Shown here piece by piece: positions 62,614 through 64,000 of a stretch of DNA of 64,000 nt. Position numbers and translations under genes: made by a program. Origin of the DNA: Candidatus Poribacteria bacterium (lineage in GTDB: Bacteria > Poribacteria > WGA-4E > JAJDTR01); the NCBI GenBank assembly GCA_965222225.1, contig CBDCTK010000002.1, positions 2,592,001 through 2,656,000 of the forward strand, given 5' to 3'. The notes under the pieces were generated by a model. That model searched no databases. It saw nothing but the letters and a program-made list of their open reading frames with translations, and was not told the DNA's origin. How positions within the stretch are numbered: position 1 is the stretch's first letter; each line of letters starts with the position of its first letter.

Positions 62614-64000
62614 CAGAATTGGTTCGCCACAAACACCAAATCAAATACATTAATGACCCCGTCCCCGTTCACGTCTCCCTCGGGCTTGTCGGTGCCGAAG
62701 GCTTGGGCAACCAGTGTCAAGTCAAGGATATTCACCACCCCATCGCCGTTGACATCTGCTGGATTCTTCGGTTTCACCCGCAGATACATCTCCCCGTCGA
62801 GGTTCGGCAACGTGTGCTCGGTGTTCATCAAACGGCTGGCGACGCCTTGCGCTTCTTCAGGCAGGGTGATTATCTGGGGGGCGCCGCTGTGATTGTAGAC
62901 CGCCCAGCCGTTCGTGTATTCGCGGATGTAGAGCCCCGGGCGATTGTCGTAAAGCTGCGCTTTCGCTTCACTTAACGGGCGCCCAAGGTCGGCGTCCCAG
63001 AAGTCGTACCAGTAGTGCTCGTGACCCTCGCCCAAGTTAAAAAGTACGTAGCCATTGGAATGTGTGAGGCTTAGGGTTGTGAACGCACGCATCCAACGGA
63101 GATTTGCCGGATCGTCGGGGGATTTAGTGGGAATCCCCCAACCTTCGAGTGCGTTAACTTGCGGTTCTCTTAAGTTCTGCTCTAACCAGAGCAGAGAGGT
63201 TTCAACTTCATTGAGTAGCGCTTCGAGATGGCCTCCGGTTAAAGTATGAGGCACTATTGTTTCCATGAAGCCGCCGTTGATATGAGGCGCTGTCCTTGGA
63301 ATTGTGTGACGATTGGTATTTCCCATTATCAGGAAAGCGGGTCTAGTTCCAGCGCGAATGCGCAGCAGGATATTATCCCTTGCTTCTTGCTCTGCTTCAT
63401 TTCCTCGATATTTGTGCGACCAATCGCCGTATAGATCGGCAAGAATAGCGCCATCTTCGTTCCACCAGTCAAAGTGAATGCCGTCGTATAAGCCGCACTT
63501 GGAAACAGCGATTGCCTGCTGGACAATTCGATCCTGAATGTCAGGGTGGGTGAAATCAATTAAACCGTATATTCCCGCCCAAGCGTTGACGATATTTCCA
63601 TCGGAGTCTCTTATCCAGTATGGCCAATCTTCGGGGAATTCGTCAAGCGCGTAGGACCTCATTCTAATGTCGGCGATGAAGAGCATGTTCGGATTTAGGG
63701 CGAGAAACTCATCACGTCTTTTTATTGCTTCGTCTACGCTGCCCGCCATTATAAATTCGTTGGATGTGTCCCTAAATGTCAATCCAAATTGAGGGACACT
63801 GAACCACAAATCATGGCTCGCCACGTTTTCGACACCTGATAAATCGGGACGATTGAGAATAGAAACCCAATTTGGGCCAGCCCATGCCGTGAAAATAGAA
63901 GGGTAGTCTCTATCTTTTATTCTATCGTGTATTGGAAGTGGCGGGAGTTCGCAGAATTCATCGTATAAAAAATCGGTTAAAGCGAGACCATCAAGCGGAG
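62613..64000 (-). CDS. Putative glycoside-hydrolase-like TIM-barrel protein with C-terminal dockerin, partial (5' end outside window)
   Basis: Frame stays open to the window edge (PLDGLALTDFLYDEFC...); YDGIHFD, IMGN, GGFME, WYDFWDADLGRP; C-terminal DVNGDGVVNILDL and DVNGDGVINVFDL. Confidence 0.78.
   Translation of the reverse strand, partial: PLDGLALTDFLYDEFCELPPLPIHDRIKDRDYPSIFTAWAGPNWVSILNRPDLSGVENVASHDLWFSVPQFGLTFRDTSNEFIMAGSVDEAIKRRDEFLALNPNMLFIADIRMRSYALDEFPEDWPYWIRDSDGNIVNAWAGIYGLIDFTHPDIQDRIVQQAIAVSKCGLYDGIHFDWWNEDGAILADLYGDWSHKYRGNEAEQEARDNILLRIRAGTRPAFLIMGNTNRHTIPRTAPHINGGFMETIVPHTLTGGHLEALLNEVETSLLWLEQNLREPQVNALEGWGIPTKSPDDPANLRWMRAFTTLSLTHSNGYVLFNLGEGHEHYWYDFWDADLGRPLSEAKAQLYDNRPGLYIREYTNGWAVYNHSGAPQIITLPEEAQGVASRLMNTEHTLPNLDGEMYLRVKPKNPADVNGDGVVNILDLTLVAQAFGTDKPEGDVNGDGVINVFDLVFVANQF

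Overview
Bacterial chromosomal replication-origin region. On the minus strand lie gyrA-gyrB-dciA-recF-dnaN-dnaA, with DnaA-box clusters on both sides of dnaA and a DnaA-trio/AT-rich unwinding element; rpmH is on the plus strand. The cohesin-dockerin-'NYPNPFNPETWIPY' secreted proteins, LRR proteins and DUF1549/1553-DUF1501 pair suggest Candidatus Poribacteria or a relative (inference, no database search). The canonical origin order is interrupted twice: a frameshifted secreted LamG-cohesin-dockerin gene sits between oriC and dnaN, and a frameshifted restriction-modification gene plus a pseudogene sit between dnaA and rpmH. The rest holds housekeeping genes (ispH, hisC, pyrD, pyrB with a fused Zn domain, dapF), a five-gene defence island (MTase, REase, ParB-like protein, Dam-like MTase, REase), an acoABC-like dehydrogenase cluster, lipoproteins and peptidases. 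Intergenic spaces are dense with several REP-like palindrome families, a MITE and short tandem repeats. No rRNA, tRNA or CRISPR array was recognised. Top leads are a cellulosome-like cohesin/dockerin system with non-cellulolytic cargo, the ParB-containing double RM island, and a gyrase with unusually divergent drug-binding motifs. All domain calls are by-eye motif recognition.
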